Virus record (IMG/VR): IMGVR_UViG_3300029319_000002
Location: 32,001-96,000 of that record
Source: a virus
Direction: 5' to 3' (one strand)
Length of the DNA stretch: 64,000 bases
In this document: in pieces, positions 1 to 10,726 of the stretch
How the letters are laid out: every line of letters begins with the position of its first letter
Numbering within the stretch: position 1 is the stretch's first letter
Notes under the pieces: model-generated
What the model saw: only the letters and a program-made list of their open reading frames with translations
The model's database searches: none
Told to the model about the DNA's origin: nothing
Made by a program: the position numbers and the translations under genes

Positions 1-714
1 GTCACTGCTCCTGCAAGCATTATCAATGGAATCTTAACAACTAATGGTATAAAAGTTGTCAATGGAACTAAAACAACCAATGGACTAGACACAAAAAATG
101 GTCTGAGTGTCAAGAACGATGTTGCCATTGGTAATGGTAAGAAGATTGAAAATAGTGGTCAAATCACAAATGGAGGTACAGTTCTCAATGGTGGAGCTGT
201 TATCAATGGAGGATTAGTTGTAAATGGTATAATTACTGGAACTACAACTGGAAATAAGGTCAGTTTTGATATTCCACACGCAACAAAAAAAGGAAAAAGA
301 ATTAGACATATTGTCGCAGAAGGTCCAGAAGCAGGAATTTATATTCGTGGAAAGTTGAAAGGAAACGTCATAGATTTGCCAGAATATTGGAATGGACTTG
401 TAGATCCCGAAACAATTACCGTAACTTTAACTGCTTTTGGAAGACCACAAAATTTATATGTAAAAGACATTCCATATGGAAGACAAATCATTATTGCAAA
501 TGAAGATGGAACTATGCCAGATTGTCATTATGAAGTGTGGGTTGCTAGATGGTTAGATAAAGATAATCACGAAGATAAATTACATGTTGTTTACGATGGT
601 GAATGCTATGATGATTATCCGGGAAATAATGATGTATTTTGGAAACTAACCGACACTCCAATACCCACCAAAAGAACTGGCACACCCCCTGTAGACACCG
701 ACCCCGAAACCTGA
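1..714 (+). CDS. 5'-truncated virion protein (probably gp5-like hub/spike C-terminal part): hexapeptide xxNG repeats followed by an FDIPH..RIRH..EGPE chaperone-like domain
   Basis: Frame 1 is open from base 1 (VTAPASIINGILTTNGIKVVNGTKTTNG...) into the track ORF 355..714. The C-terminal motif is one I recall in cyanomyoviruses just upstream of the 71-aa gene and the MPLxxLENF giant protein. Confidence 0.6.
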   Translation, partial: VTAPASIINGILTTNGIKVVNGTKTTNGLDTKNGLSVKNDVAIGNGKKIENSGQITNGGTVLNGGAVINGGLVVNGIITGTTTGNKVSFDIPHATKKGKRIRHIVAEGPEAGIYIRGKLKGNVIDLPEYWNGLVDPETITVTLTAFGRPQNLYVKDIPYGRQIIIANEDGTMPDCHYEVWVARWLDKDNHEDKLHVVYDGECYDDYPGNNDVFWKLTDTPIPTKRTGTPPVDTDPET

Positions 715-720
715 TATAAT
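675..720 (+). promoter_or_regulatory. Early-type sigma70 promoter with right half of the dyad
   Basis: AACTGGCACA 675-684; TAGACA 692-697, 17 bp spacer, TGaTATAAT 712-720. Confidence 0.75.
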
Positions 721-744
721 ACATAGGTACACAACTCCAATTCA

Positions 745-960
745 ATGGAAGACATTTTTCAATCTACTGGTTCTGACGACGAGTATCTGGTTCGTTTTGT
801 AGTCAACCCCATGCGTAAATGCTTTGATCTTTACGGCAGTGAAGGTAGTCATCAAACTGTTGAGTGTGATACTGAAAAATTCATGGACATTCTGAGATTC
901 ACCCGTGATATTTTGGAAGAGCAGGGAAGTTGTGAAATGGTTTATGTAAATCCTCTTTGA
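745..960 (+). CDS. Conserved cyanomyovirus hypothetical protein (71 aa)
   Basis: Clean ORF downstream of the promoter; resembles the recalled family with RxVVxP...YxxEG...VxC..xQFMxVL. Confidence 0.8.
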   Translation: MEDIFQSTGSDDEYLVRFVVNPMRKCFDLYGSEGSHQTVECDTEKFMDILRFTRDILEEQGSCEMVYVNPL

Positions 961-987
961 TGTAATCGGATACTAGATTTCTTCTGT

Positions 988-994
988 CTAAATA
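988..994 (+). promoter_or_regulatory. T4-type late promoter
   Basis: CTAAATA about 30 bp upstream of the ATG at 1025. Confidence 0.7.
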
Positions 995-1024
995 CATTAG
1001 AAGAAAAATTTAGTATTCAGATAA

Positions 1025-4000
1025 ATGCCTCTCAGTAGACTAGAGAACTTTATAAAGAACGTCGAAGGTACTATTCTTTATGTAAATCCAACCGATCAAG
1101 ATGCTACTGATAGTATCGAAAATCAGGGTAATTCTTTAACTAGACCCTTCAAGACGATTCAAAGAGCTTTAATAGAAGCTGCTAGGTTTTCTTTTGTCGC
1201 TGGGAAAGATAATGATAAGTTCGACAAGACAACCATTCTGGTTTATCCAGGAACTCATAAGATTGATAATCGTCCTGGATTAAGTATTGATAATAATGGT
1301 GGAACCGCACAATATAAGGATAGATTTGGTAATATAGCATCTTTTGGTGAATTAACTGCATCATCAAACTTTGATATTGAGGACTCTGCTAACGTACTAC
1401 ATTACTTTAACTCTGTTAGTGGTGGTGTAATTATTCCTAGGGGTACATCTCTAGTTGGTATGGATCTTAGAAAAACTAAGATTTCTCCATTATTTGTACC
1501 TGATCCTCAAAATAGTGAGATTGATAGAGCTGCCATCTTTAAAGTAACTGGTGGATGTTATTTTTGGCAGTTTAGTATCTTTGATGGAGATCCAAACGGA
1601 ACTGTATATAAAAATTATTCAAATACAAGATTCACACCCAACTATTCTCACCACAAACTAACTTGTTTTGAGTATGCTGATGGAAATAACACTATTGAGT
1701 TGGGTGCAGTAACTGGAGGTTCTGCAGTCTCAAATAATCAGACAGATTTAGATAGTTACTACTTTAAAGTATCTAATGCTTATGGTTCAAGTTCGGGAAG
1801 AGCAATACCTTCTTGGCCTACAAATGAAGTTCTACAACCAAAATTAGCAGAGAATCAAATCGTTGGTGCTGTACAAGCAGATGCGATTGGTATTACTAGT
1901 GTATTTTCTACTAATAACACTGATTACACATTCAGTGGTGCTGTTGGAAAGAATGTCGTTGTTACAACAACTATCGCCCATAATCTAAATGTCGGAACTC
2001 CTATTATTGTTTCTGGCATTACAACAAATTCTAGCGCCCCTTCAAGTGATCCTACATTTAATGCTGAGGGTGGTACTGTGGTAGCAGAAGTGCTCTCACC
2101 AACTCAGTTTGCTTTTGTAGCATCTGAAGACACTGTAGTCACTAATCCTCATCTATCTGGAGACGAAACCGTACAGGTAGAACCTGATACTGTAACTGGT
2201 GCATCACCATATATCTTTAATCTCAGTCTCAGATCGGTTTATGGTGTCAATGGACTACATGCTGACGGATCTAAAGCAACTGGATTTAAATCCATGGTTC
2301 TCGCTCAGTTTACGGGAATCGGCCTTCAGAAGGATGATAACGCCTTCTTACTTTATAATAGTACCACAGGAACATATAACGATACTACAACAGTTGCTGA
2401 TAGTGAAAAACCATTACATATCAACTCAAAGGCAATTTATAAACCAGAATATGAGACCACTCACGTAAAGGTAAGTAATGGTGCTGTCCTCCAATGTGTT
2501 TCTATTTTCGCAATTGGTTTTGCCAATCACTTCCTTGCTGCTAGTGGCGGAGACCAAAGTATTACCAACTCAAACTCAAATTTTGGCGCAAAAGCTCTAA
2601 TTGCTAGAGGATTTAGAGATGCTGCTTTTGCAAGAGATAATAGTGGTTATATTACTCATATCATTCCACCAAAGAATGTAGTTAAAGAGGAAGAATCTAG
2701 TTTCTGGGTTCCTTTAGATGTTGGTCTAACTACGTCACACACTGTTGGAACTGGTAGTTCTGACAGATTATATACTTTTGGATATAGTGATGAAGATGTT
2801 CCACCAACTCATATTATTGATCAATTCAGAATTGGTTCCAGAGTTGCAGATCAATTAAAATTAGAAGTTAGTAATGTAACTCAAACTGCAAATATTGTGA
2901 TGGAAGGTAGTACTATTGCTACTAGTCAGAAAATTTCATTTGTTGCCAAAAATACTGCAGGAACTGCAAATAGTATTACTGAATCTACAGGATCTATTTT
3001 TGGATTAACGGGATCTCATGAATTTGCAGATGGGGAAACTGTAAGAATTCTATCGGATGATGGCATTATTCCTGATGGTATTGAACTAGATCAGAAGTAT
3101 TTTGTTATCAAGACTGGTCTAAATGCAGATCAAATCAAACTTGCAAAAACTTTCAACGAAGCAGTTTCTAGTAATACAAGTGCTATTGAAAATGTAAATA
3201 CCACTGGTGGATCACTTAGAATTATTAGTGCGGTTTCCGATAAATTCCCAGGGGATCCAGGACATCCAATTCAGTATGATACGACAAAAAATAACTGGTA
3301 CATTAATGTTAAGGGTGATGCTACTAATAAAATTTATAAAGCAATTGAGAATTCAACCACTAAGGTAACAAGTAAATCTTTCATTAGCAGGAAGTCTGAT
3401 AATAGAAACTTAGATGATAGAATTTATAAAATTAGATATGTAATTCCTAAGGAATTCCTAAACGCAAAACCACCTGCTGCAGGATATGTTCTTCAAGAAT
3501 CTAGCAGCACCATTGTAGAAAATACAAGTGAGTATTCTGCAAGTATTGCAAATCTAACTGATTTTAGAAATTTAAAAGTTATTCATGATATTGATTACAG
3601 TTCATCTTTGGGAATTGCGACTGTTACTTCAGAAATTCCTCATAGAATAACTTCCGGTGCAAAGGTTAAACTTAATAAAGTTTCAAGTTCTAATAATACT
3701 ACAGCAGCTGATAAAAAAGGATTCAATGGAATTTTTGATGTTCAGAGTGTTGTAGATAGCAAAACATTTACTATTAATGTTCCTACTGTAAGAGATCCAG
3801 GAAATTTCTTAAGTAATAGACCTGCTGCAATAACAGATAGAGATGAAAACCATCCTAACTTTTCTATTAATCAATATTCGGAAGTTTATTACATCTATAG
3901 GGTAAATGAAATATCTGAATATCAAGAAAATATTCAAGATGGTGTATATCATTTAACTTGTCTATTGGGTAGTGTTAATCCAACTTCAAGTTTCTTTGCT

Positions 4001-7000
4001 GATCGAGGTTTCTCTCAGAATGTAGTTAATCTCTATCCTATGCTTGATAGAGATAATTATACTATGGACCCCTCTGCTTCACTATCAATTGCATCTAATA
4101 AGAGAGTTAGTGAAGTTGAAACTGGTGACTTAACTCAAAGTATTACTAAAGAATTTGTTAACTCACTACTTGTTAACAACAGATATGGTTTCAATATTAC
4201 AGATCTAACTTACGATCAAACCACTGGCATTACGACAGCTACCACTGATGTTCAGCACAACTTAAATAATTTAATTCAAGTTAGTATTGCTAACTCTGGT
4301 AGTGGATTTGGATTCTCTGGTATTTCAACAACGATCTACAATGCAAAACTAACTGGTGGAACTGGTGAAGGTGCTACAATTAGATTTACCACTAACACTG
4401 GTGGAAACTTCAGTTTAACATCCCCAGTCATTGTTGATGGTGGTTCTGGATACTCTGTTGGTGATACACTAACTGTTTCTAATGTTGGCATTCCTACATT
4501 CTCTGGTGGTGGTGTAAATTATTCTACCGCAACTTTAACGGTAACTAGTATAAACCAAGCAACTGAGAACTCAATTCAGATTGAAGACGCTATTGATCAT
4601 GGTGAAAAATCTAATGAGTTTAACGGGGTATTCAGAATTCTTAGTGTTCCTTCATCCAAAAAGGTTTCATTCTTACTCCCCCCTTCAAATAGTGGAATCG
4701 GAACTCATAAGAAGAATGGTAAGTTTATTCTTGCTGGATCACTTTCTACAATTACCAGCATTGAATATACTGATCCATCTACAGGAATTGTAACAGTTAC
4801 TTGTGGCACTGCTCATGGACTTAATATTGGTAATGCTTTCAAGATTGATTATAATGATGAGTCTTCACTAACAAGTTCTATTTACAATGGCAACTTTATT
4901 GTAAATGAAAGAGTTGGAATTAACACTTTCACATTTAAAATTGGAATGGGAGTTGCGACAGCAACACCCCCCACTAACGTAGGACACATTCTTCCTACAG
5001 GATATACTGCTCAAGAAGCAGATAGTGATTCAAGTAGAGAAAACATTGCAAGGAGAATGAACTCCTTCTATGTTGGTATTTCGACTACAATTAATTCTGG
5101 AATAACAACTTCTTCTACAACAGTAACTCTGTCAAATGCTGATGGATTTGAAAAAGGTGATTATGTTGAAATTGGATCTGAAATTGTTCGAGTTAAAAAT
5201 GCATTCTCTAGTAATCAAGCAGATATCTTAAGAGGTTTATTCGGAACTAGAGTCACATCTATTCCCGCAGGAACCCTTGCCAAGAAAATTAGACCAATTC
5301 CAGTTGAGGGAAGAAGATACTCTATTCTTCGTGCTTCTGGTCATACTTTTGAATATGTTGGTTTTGGACCAGGCAACTATTCTAATGCATTACCTCAGAG
5401 ACAAGACAGAATTCTTGATAAAACGGATCAACTTCTATCACAATCTGAAAAAACTGATGGTGGTGTAGTCGTTTACACTGGTATGAATGATAGTGGTGAT
5501 TTCTATGTTGGTAATAGAAGACTCAGTTCTAATACTGGACAAGAAGAAACCATTGGAATTCCAGTACCTAGATTTGTTGGTGATGATGGAGATGACACTA
5601 GACTCAGTGTTGTCTTTGATGACGTAACCGTCAAAGAGTTCATCAAGGTTGAAGGTGGAGCAGGAAACGTTATTACCTCTGAGTTTAATGGTCCTGTTGT
5701 ATTCAACAATAAAGTTAATTTCAATTCTGATCAGGGATCTGACTTCAAATTCATCACTCTAAAAGGAACTGATCCTGATAATACAAGAAGAAAGTATAGT
5801 GTAGGGATGGGAACACCCCTAGCAGATGCTGATAACAGTGTTGGTGATGTTGTATTCAAGAATGACCCCGTTCCTGGTGGATATGCTGGATGGATTTTTG
5901 CAGGAGAGGAAGGAAGTGAGAATAATAAGTGGAGAAAGTTTGGACTGATTGCACCCGAAGATGCTGAGCAAGATACTGATACTGATAGCAATATCAACTC
6001 TCCTCTTGGAAACTTCACTATTCTACCATCAAAAATTGGTATTAACACCAATCAACCACAAAGTGTAATTGAAGTTAAGGACGGACTTACTAGACTTGAC
6101 AGATTATATGTTGCAGGTATTGCTACATTCCAAGATTCAGTAACTCTTACAAATGTAACTCTTGATGATCTAACAATTAATGACAGACTATCAGTTTCTG
6201 GAACGGTTAGTATTGATGCTCCTGGTGGTTACGTTCTATCTGGAAATAGTCAGATCACAGGACTTACTACACATACTGGTGATTATGATTTAGTTGGTGG
6301 ATTACAAGTAGAGAATAGTGCTTCTGTTGGAGGAACTCTAACAGTTTCTGGAAATACTGATCTAAATCGCAATTTACAAGTTTCTGGTAATACAAGTCTT
6401 CTTGGTGCTTTAAGTGTATCTGGAATCACAACACTAGGTGATAAGTTAAATGTATCTGGATCACTATGTGTTAATGGAAGTTCTCTTCTATCTGGTGCAG
6501 TCCAAGCAAAAACTACTCTAAGTGTTGGTCAAAACCTAAATGTTGGTAATAATGCATCTGTTGGTGGAACTCTAAAAGTAACTGGAGACACATCATTAGA
6601 TGGTGGATTGAATGTATCTGCAGCAACTGTTCTCAAAGCAGGTCTAACAGTTTCTGGAAATACAGACCTTAATAAAGATCTCACAGTTAGTGGAAGCACT
6701 TCTCTCAACGGATCTCTAAGAGTTCTTGGAAATACTTCTTTAGATAATTCATTAACAGTTAGTGGTCCTACTACAATCAAGAATACACTAACACTTTCTG
6801 GAAGTGCAGACTTTAATAACAACTTACAAGTTTCTGGTAATGCATCTATTGGTGGAAACTTAAATGTTGATACAAATGCAGAGATTGCCGGAACACTTTG
6901 TGTTGGTGGTCAAACTCAACTCAAAGGTGACGTATGTGTCGGTGAAAGTTTAGTAGTTAATAATGGTGCAGTTATTGGTCAACAATTAACTGTTTCTAGT

Positions 7001-10000
7001 TCTTCTAATTTAATAGGAGAAGTAGTTGCAAGGAGTTACTTAGCTGTTTGTGGAAACTTAAGTGTTGGTGGAGATACAAATCTTAAGGGAGATTTTACAG
7101 TTTCTGGAGAGGCAGACTTTAATGATAACTTACAGGTTGCTGGTAATCTGTCTGTTGGTGGAAACACAAATCTCGATGGAGCTCTATCAGTCTCCGGAAA
7201 TACAACTCTTAGTGGAACGTTAAGTGTTAGACAGAGTTCAGTATTGAAAAACCCTGTAACAGTATGTGGACCTGGAGACTTAAAAATTGTTGGTACTGCC
7301 GCAAATGTACTCATTGAAGATCTTGATTTTAATCAACCAAGAATAGAATTTAAGGGTAAAGTTGTAGAAACTAGAAGAGTCAGAGCATATATTGAACCCT
7401 CAGAAGGTGGTTCTGCTTCTGCTAATGCTCAGGGACTATCAATCTTCACTGGTGGTCAACTTAAGGAAGCATTTACTGTATCTGGAAACCATACAATCAA
7501 AGTACCGGATCCAGATATTGCCAATTATCCAACTCCCGTATTTAGAATTGATGGTCCCAGTGGAGACACTGATATTAATGGATCCTTACAGGTATCTGGA
7601 AACGCAAGTTTTGGTGGTGATATATCTGTAAGTGGTTTACAAGTTTTCAGTAATCTAAGTGTTGGTGGTAACTTAAGTGTTAAAGGAAAAACATATCTCA
7701 GTGGAAGTTTAAGTGTTAAAGGAACAACATACCTTTCTGGTGATGTTACTGCAAAGTCTAATGTAAGTGTTGAAGACAATCTAGCTGTTGGTGGAATCAC
7801 AATCCTCCAGAGCATCTTACAGGTTAGGGGAGATGCAAGTTTTGCTACCAACGTAAGTGTTGGTGGTAATACATTTATTGGTGGAAATGCCTCAGTTGGT
7901 GGAACATTATGTGTTGAAGGTCAAGCATTCTTTAACAGTGATATTAATATTTCTGGAAATAGTTTATTCACCGGAAGAATAGATGTTTCTGGTGATGCAA
8001 TGCTCAACAGAAGTAGTGGTATCACTACAACCAGACAATTAGATGTAAATGGCAATGTACAGGCAAGTGGACTAGTTTGTGCTGGAACATTGAGAGTTAT
8101 TGGCACCACATCTCTCGGTAATCTTGATGTTAATGGCACTGCTTCATTCGCATCATCTGTTCAAATTGCAGGTAATACCTCAGTTGGTGGAGTTCTAAGA
8201 GTTCCTGGAACTGCTTCTATAGGAACGTTAAAGTCAAGTACTTTAAGTGCCCAAGGTCAAGCATTTGTAAATGAAAACTTGACAGTTACTCAAAATACTG
8301 ATCTAAATGGAAATCTAACTGTATCTGGAACAACCACTCTTTCTGGTGCAGTTCAAGCAAAAGGTAATTTAAGTGTTGGTGGAAGCACTTCTCTCAACGG
8401 AACTTTAACAGTTCTTGGAAATACTTCTTTAGATGGTTCATTAACAGTTAGTGGTAATACTCAACTCAAATCTAATGCATCTGTTAGTGGAAACTTATCT
8501 GTTGTTGGTGATACATCTTTAGATGGAGATACTTTCATCTCTGGACAATTGAGAGTTGATCAAACTTTACAGGTTCAAGGTAATACTTCTCTTGATAAAG
8601 ATTTGTATGTTAGTGGAAATGCAACTATTGCAAGAGCAATTGTTACTGGTAACTTAAGTGTTGGTGGAACCTTTAGTGCTGCTGGTAGTGCTAATATTGC
8701 TGGTGATGTAACAGTAAGTAGTTTAAGAACTCAAGGAAGACTGCAATCACAAGGAACTCTGTCTGTTGTAGGACAGACACAAATTCAAGGTCAGATTTCC
8801 GCTGCTGGTCAAATAAGATCTGCTGGCAGTATTATTGCTACACAAACTTTAAGAGCAACTGGCAACTTATGTGCTGATGGTAATGCTTTTATTAGTGGAA
8901 CATTACAAGTTACTGGTGCGTCTGAGTTCCAAGCAAAACTCAGTGCTAATACTATTAGTGCTTCTGGACAAGTAATCGTCGATCAACAGGTTCAGGCAGA
9001 TGGCAGTGGATTATTTGGTCAAACTGTAAGAGCAGGTGGTTCTTTATGTGCCCAAGGTCAAGCATTTGTAAATGAAAACTTGAGAGTTACTCAAAATACT
9101 CAACTCAAAGGCAATGCTTCTGTTGGTGGAACATTAAAAGTTGATGGAACTACATGCTTAAGTGGAGGTGCCACTATTTCTAGTGCATTACAACTAAAAA
9201 GTGAACTAGATTTCATTGGTGCTGTCGATAAGTATATTGACTTTATGTTGGTATCCAGTAATGCTTCTACATTTACTGCCAATTTTAGAAGTATGAATCA
9301 CGGAGGCCAGGGATTTCATAATCATTTAGTTTTTAATCGTGGTGCTGCTGTTGATTTATATCATAACAATAATCTAAAAGCAGCAACTAGAAGCACTGGT
9401 TTCTATGTTTCTGGAACATTATGTGCCCTTGGACTTGATGTTTGTGGAAATGGTAGAGTTACCGGTAATCTATCTGTTGGTGGAATCTTTAGAGTTGCTG
9501 GAGCTACATCTTTACAAGGAAATCTGGATGTTAACGGAACTCTTCAAGTTGCAGATGAATCTAATTTCCAATCAAAAATTAGCACTAATAATATTAGTTC
9601 TTCTGGACAAGTAAGAGTTGATGGTCAAATTAGTGCCGGTGGTTCTATTCTTGCTGGTCAAACTTTAAGAGCAAGTGGTAACTTATGTGCCGATAGTAAT
9701 GCATTTATTGGTGGAGCACTACAAGTTACTCAAGGCACTACACTTCAAGGTAATGCAACTGTTGGTGGAACCCTTAGAGTTGCTGGACTTACATCATTAC
9801 AAGGTGGTGTTGTAATTGATACATCCATGGATGTTCAGACTACAATGAATGCAAATGCCATTAGTATGTCTGGTACATTGACAATAGGTCAACAGGCAAA
9901 TCCAAATATTCAACTAGAGTCAAGCGCCTCTGGAGGACCATTTATTGACTTTGCTCGTTTTAAACAAGGACAATTACAAGATCGTGGTGCAAGAATAAGA

Positions 10001-10672
10001 CTTACTGGTGATAATGAACTTTCAATTCAAGATACCACTTCTGTTAAAATTGATGGTCAAACCTTTATTTCAGGTAAATTAAAATCAACTGGAGAATTAC
10101 AAACGGCAGGTTCTTTATGTGTTGCTCAATCAGCACAGGTTAAGGGTAACTTATCTGTAGGTGGAGCACTAAAAGTTGCTGCTGGTGTGTCATTACAAGG
10201 TGGTCTTGCAGTTACTGGAACATCATCTTTCAAAGGTAAAATACATGCAGATAGTATTAGTACGTCTGGTACATTTACTGTATGTGGTACTGCTCTTATA
10301 AAAAATGCTGCAACTGTATGTGGACCTCTAAAGACTACAACTATTTGTCATAGAGGAGCATCTGCTTTTGATCAATCAGGTAATGCTGATTTCTTCGCAA
10401 TCCGTGCTTTTGGTAGGATTGCTTCTAATGGTACCGTCCTGGCTGGTGCAAACTTCACCGCATCGAAGCAGACGTGTGGTAATTATTCAATAAACTTCCA
10501 GAAAGGTATTGGAAATCAAAAACCAACAGTTGTTCTTACCACCAGTGGTAGTAGCTCAGTTGCAAGAATAATAGCATACAGTAATGTAGGTGGACAAGGA
10601 TTCCAGTGTCACATTATTTCTGGTGATGGTGTTAGAAAGAGCTCTGGATTCTCATTCATGGCATTAGGATAA
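1025..10672 (+). CDS. Giant virion structural/fibre protein (3215 aa): N-terminal pectin-lyase-like beta-helix, central repeated beta modules, C-terminal ~1400 aa of 6/12-residue triple-beta-helix-like repeats
   Basis: MPLSRLENFIKNVEGTILYVNP..PFKTIQRAL start typical of cyanophage giant structural proteins; VSGNxSxGGxLxV repeats. Confidence 0.85.
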   Translation: MPLSRLENFIKNVEGTILYVNPTDQDATDSIENQGNSLTRPFKTIQRALIEAARFSFVAGKDNDKFDKTTILVYPGTHKIDNRPGLSIDNNGGTAQYKDRFGNIASFGELTASSNFDIEDSANVLHYFNSVSGGVIIPRGTSLVGMDLRKTKISPLFVPDPQNSEIDRAAIFKVTGGCYFWQFSIFDGDPNGTVYKNYSNTRFTPNYSHHKLTCFEYADGNNTIELGAVTGGSAVSNNQTDLDSYYFKVSNAYGSSSGRAIPSWPTNEVLQPKLAENQIVGAVQADAIGITSVFSTNNTDYTFSGAVGKNVVVTTTIAHNLNVGTPIIVSGITTNSSAPSSDPTFNAEGGTVVAEVLSPTQFAFVASEDTVVTNPHLSGDETVQVEPDTVTGASPYIFNLSLRSVYGVNGLHADGSKATGFKSMVLAQFTGIGLQKDDNAFLLYNSTTGTYNDTTTVADSEKPLHINSKAIYKPEYETTHVKVSNGAVLQCVSIFAIGFANHFLAASGGDQSITNSNSNFGAKALIARGFRDAAFARDNSGYITHIIPPKNVVKEEESSFWVPLDVGLTTSHTVGTGSSDRLYTFGYSDEDVPPTHIIDQFRIGSRVADQLKLEVSNVTQTANIVMEGSTIATSQKISFVAKNTAGTANSITESTGSIFGLTGSHEFADGETVRILSDDGIIPDGIELDQKYFVIKTGLNADQIKLAKTFNEAVSSNTSAIENVNTTGGSLRIISAVSDKFPGDPGHPIQYDTTKNNWYINVKGDATNKIYKAIENSTTKVTSKSFISRKSDNRNLDDRIYKIRYVIPKEFLNAKPPAAGYVLQESSSTIVENTSEYSASIANLTDFRNLKVIHDIDYSSSLGIATVTSEIPHRITSGAKVKLNKVSSSNNTTAADKKGFNGIFDVQSVVDSKTFTINVPTVRDPGNFLSNRPAAITDRDENHPNFSINQYSEVYYIYRVNEISEYQENIQDGVYHLTCLLGSVNPTSSFFADRGFSQNVVNLYPMLDRDNYTMDPSASLSIASNKRVSEVETGDLTQSITKEFVNSLLVNNRYGFNITDLTYDQTTGITTATTDVQHNLNNLIQVSIANSGSGFGFSGISTTIYNAKLTGGTGEGATIRFTTNTGGNFSLTSPVIVDGGSGYSVGDTLTVSNVGIPTFSGGGVNYSTATLTVTSINQATENSIQIEDAIDHGEKSNEFNGVFRILSVPSSKKVSFLLPPSNSGIGTHKKNGKFILAGSLSTITSIEYTDPSTGIVTVTCGTAHGLNIGNAFKIDYNDESSLTSSIYNGNFIVNERVGINTFTFKIGMGVATATPPTNVGHILPTGYTAQEADSDSSRENIARRMNSFYVGISTTINSGITTSSTTVTLSNADGFEKGDYVEIGSEIVRVKNAFSSNQADILRGLFGTRVTSIPAGTLAKKIRPIPVEGRRYSILRASGHTFEYVGFGPGNYSNALPQRQDRILDKTDQLLSQSEKTDGGVVVYTGMNDSGDFYVGNRRLSSNTGQEETIGIPVPRFVGDDGDDTRLSVVFDDVTVKEFIKVEGGAGNVITSEFNGPVVFNNKVNFNSDQGSDFKFITLKGTDPDNTRRKYSVGMGTPLADADNSVGDVVFKNDPVPGGYAGWIFAGEEGSENNKWRKFGLIAPEDAEQDTDTDSNINSPLGNFTILPSKIGINTNQPQSVIEVKDGLTRLDRLYVAGIATFQDSVTLTNVTLDDLTINDRLSVSGTVSIDAPGGYVLSGNSQITGLTTHTGDYDLVGGLQVENSASVGGTLTVSGNTDLNRNLQVSGNTSLLGALSVSGITTLGDKLNVSGSLCVNGSSLLSGAVQAKTTLSVGQNLNVGNNASVGGTLKVTGDTSLDGGLNVSAATVLKAGLTVSGNTDLNKDLTVSGSTSLNGSLRVLGNTSLDNSLTVSGPTTIKNTLTLSGSADFNNNLQVSGNASIGGNLNVDTNAEIAGTLCVGGQTQLKGDVCVGESLVVNNGAVIGQQLTVSSSSNLIGEVVARSYLAVCGNLSVGGDTNLKGDFTVSGEADFNDNLQVAGNLSVGGNTNLDGALSVSGNTTLSGTLSVRQSSVLKNPVTVCGPGDLKIVGTAANVLIEDLDFNQPRIEFKGKVVETRRVRAYIEPSEGGSASANAQGLSIFTGGQLKEAFTVSGNHTIKVPDPDIANYPTPVFRIDGPSGDTDINGSLQVSGNASFGGDISVSGLQVFSNLSVGGNLSVKGKTYLSGSLSVKGTTYLSGDVTAKSNVSVEDNLAVGGITILQSILQVRGDASFATNVSVGGNTFIGGNASVGGTLCVEGQAFFNSDINISGNSLFTGRIDVSGDAMLNRSSGITTTRQLDVNGNVQASGLVCAGTLRVIGTTSLGNLDVNGTASFASSVQIAGNTSVGGVLRVPGTASIGTLKSSTLSAQGQAFVNENLTVTQNTDLNGNLTVSGTTTLSGAVQAKGNLSVGGSTSLNGTLTVLGNTSLDGSLTVSGNTQLKSNASVSGNLSVVGDTSLDGDTFISGQLRVDQTLQVQGNTSLDKDLYVSGNATIARAIVTGNLSVGGTFSAAGSANIAGDVTVSSLRTQGRLQSQGTLSVVGQTQIQGQISAAGQIRSAGSIIATQTLRATGNLCADGNAFISGTLQVTGASEFQAKLSANTISASGQVIVDQQVQADGSGLFGQTVRAGGSLCAQGQAFVNENLRVTQNTQLKGNASVGGTLKVDGTTCLSGGATISSALQLKSELDFIGAVDKYIDFMLVSSNASTFTANFRSMNHGGQGFHNHLVFNRGAAVDLYHNNNLKAATRSTGFYVSGTLCALGLDVCGNGRVTGNLSVGGIFRVAGATSLQGNLDVNGTLQVADESNFQSKISTNNISSSGQVRVDGQISAGGSILAGQTLRASGNLCADSNAFIGGALQVTQGTTLQGNATVGGTLRVAGLTSLQGGVVIDTSMDVQTTMNANAISMSGTLTIGQQANPNIQLESSASGGPFIDFARFKQGQLQDRGARIRLTGDNELSIQDTTSVKIDGQTFISGKLKSTGELQTAGSLCVAQSAQVKGNLSVGGALKVAAGVSLQGGLAVTGTSSFKGKIHADSISTSGTFTVCGTALIKNAATVCGPLKTTTICHRGASAFDQSGNADFFAIRAFGRIASNGTVLAGANFTASKQTCGNYSINFQKGIGNQKPTVVLTTSGSSSVARIIAYSNVGGQGFQCHIISGDGVRKSSGFSFMALG
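6691..8455 (+). repeat. 76 bp intragenic direct repeat pair (6691-6766 and 8380-8455)
   Basis: Both copies read TGGAAGCACTTCTCTCAACGGA..AGTTCTTGGAAATACTTCTTTAGAT..TTCATTAACAGTTAGTGGT. Confidence 0.85.
8247..9100 (+). repeat. 53 bp intragenic direct repeat pair (8247-8299 and 9048-9100), one mismatch
   Basis: GTGCCCAAGGTCAAGCATTTGTAAATGAAAACTTGA(C/G)AGTTACTCAAAATACT. Confidence 0.9.
9229..9391 (+). repeat. 163 bp cassette shared with 24376-24538 in another fibre gene
   Basis: Contains a 45 bp identical run, 9322-9366 = 24469-24513. Confidence 0.9.
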
Positions 10673-10676
10673 ACCC

Positions 10677-10726
10677 TTGACAAACTCTCTGAACTTATGT
10701 AGAATAACTCTGCTAGGGTTCAGAGA
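10677..10726 (+). promoter_or_regulatory. Sigma70 promoter with a 9 bp inverted repeat enclosing the -10 box
   Basis: TTGACA 10677-10682, 17 bp, TAGAAT 10700-10705; TCTCTGAAC 10686-10694 pairs with GTTCAGAGA 10718-10726. Confidence 0.8.
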
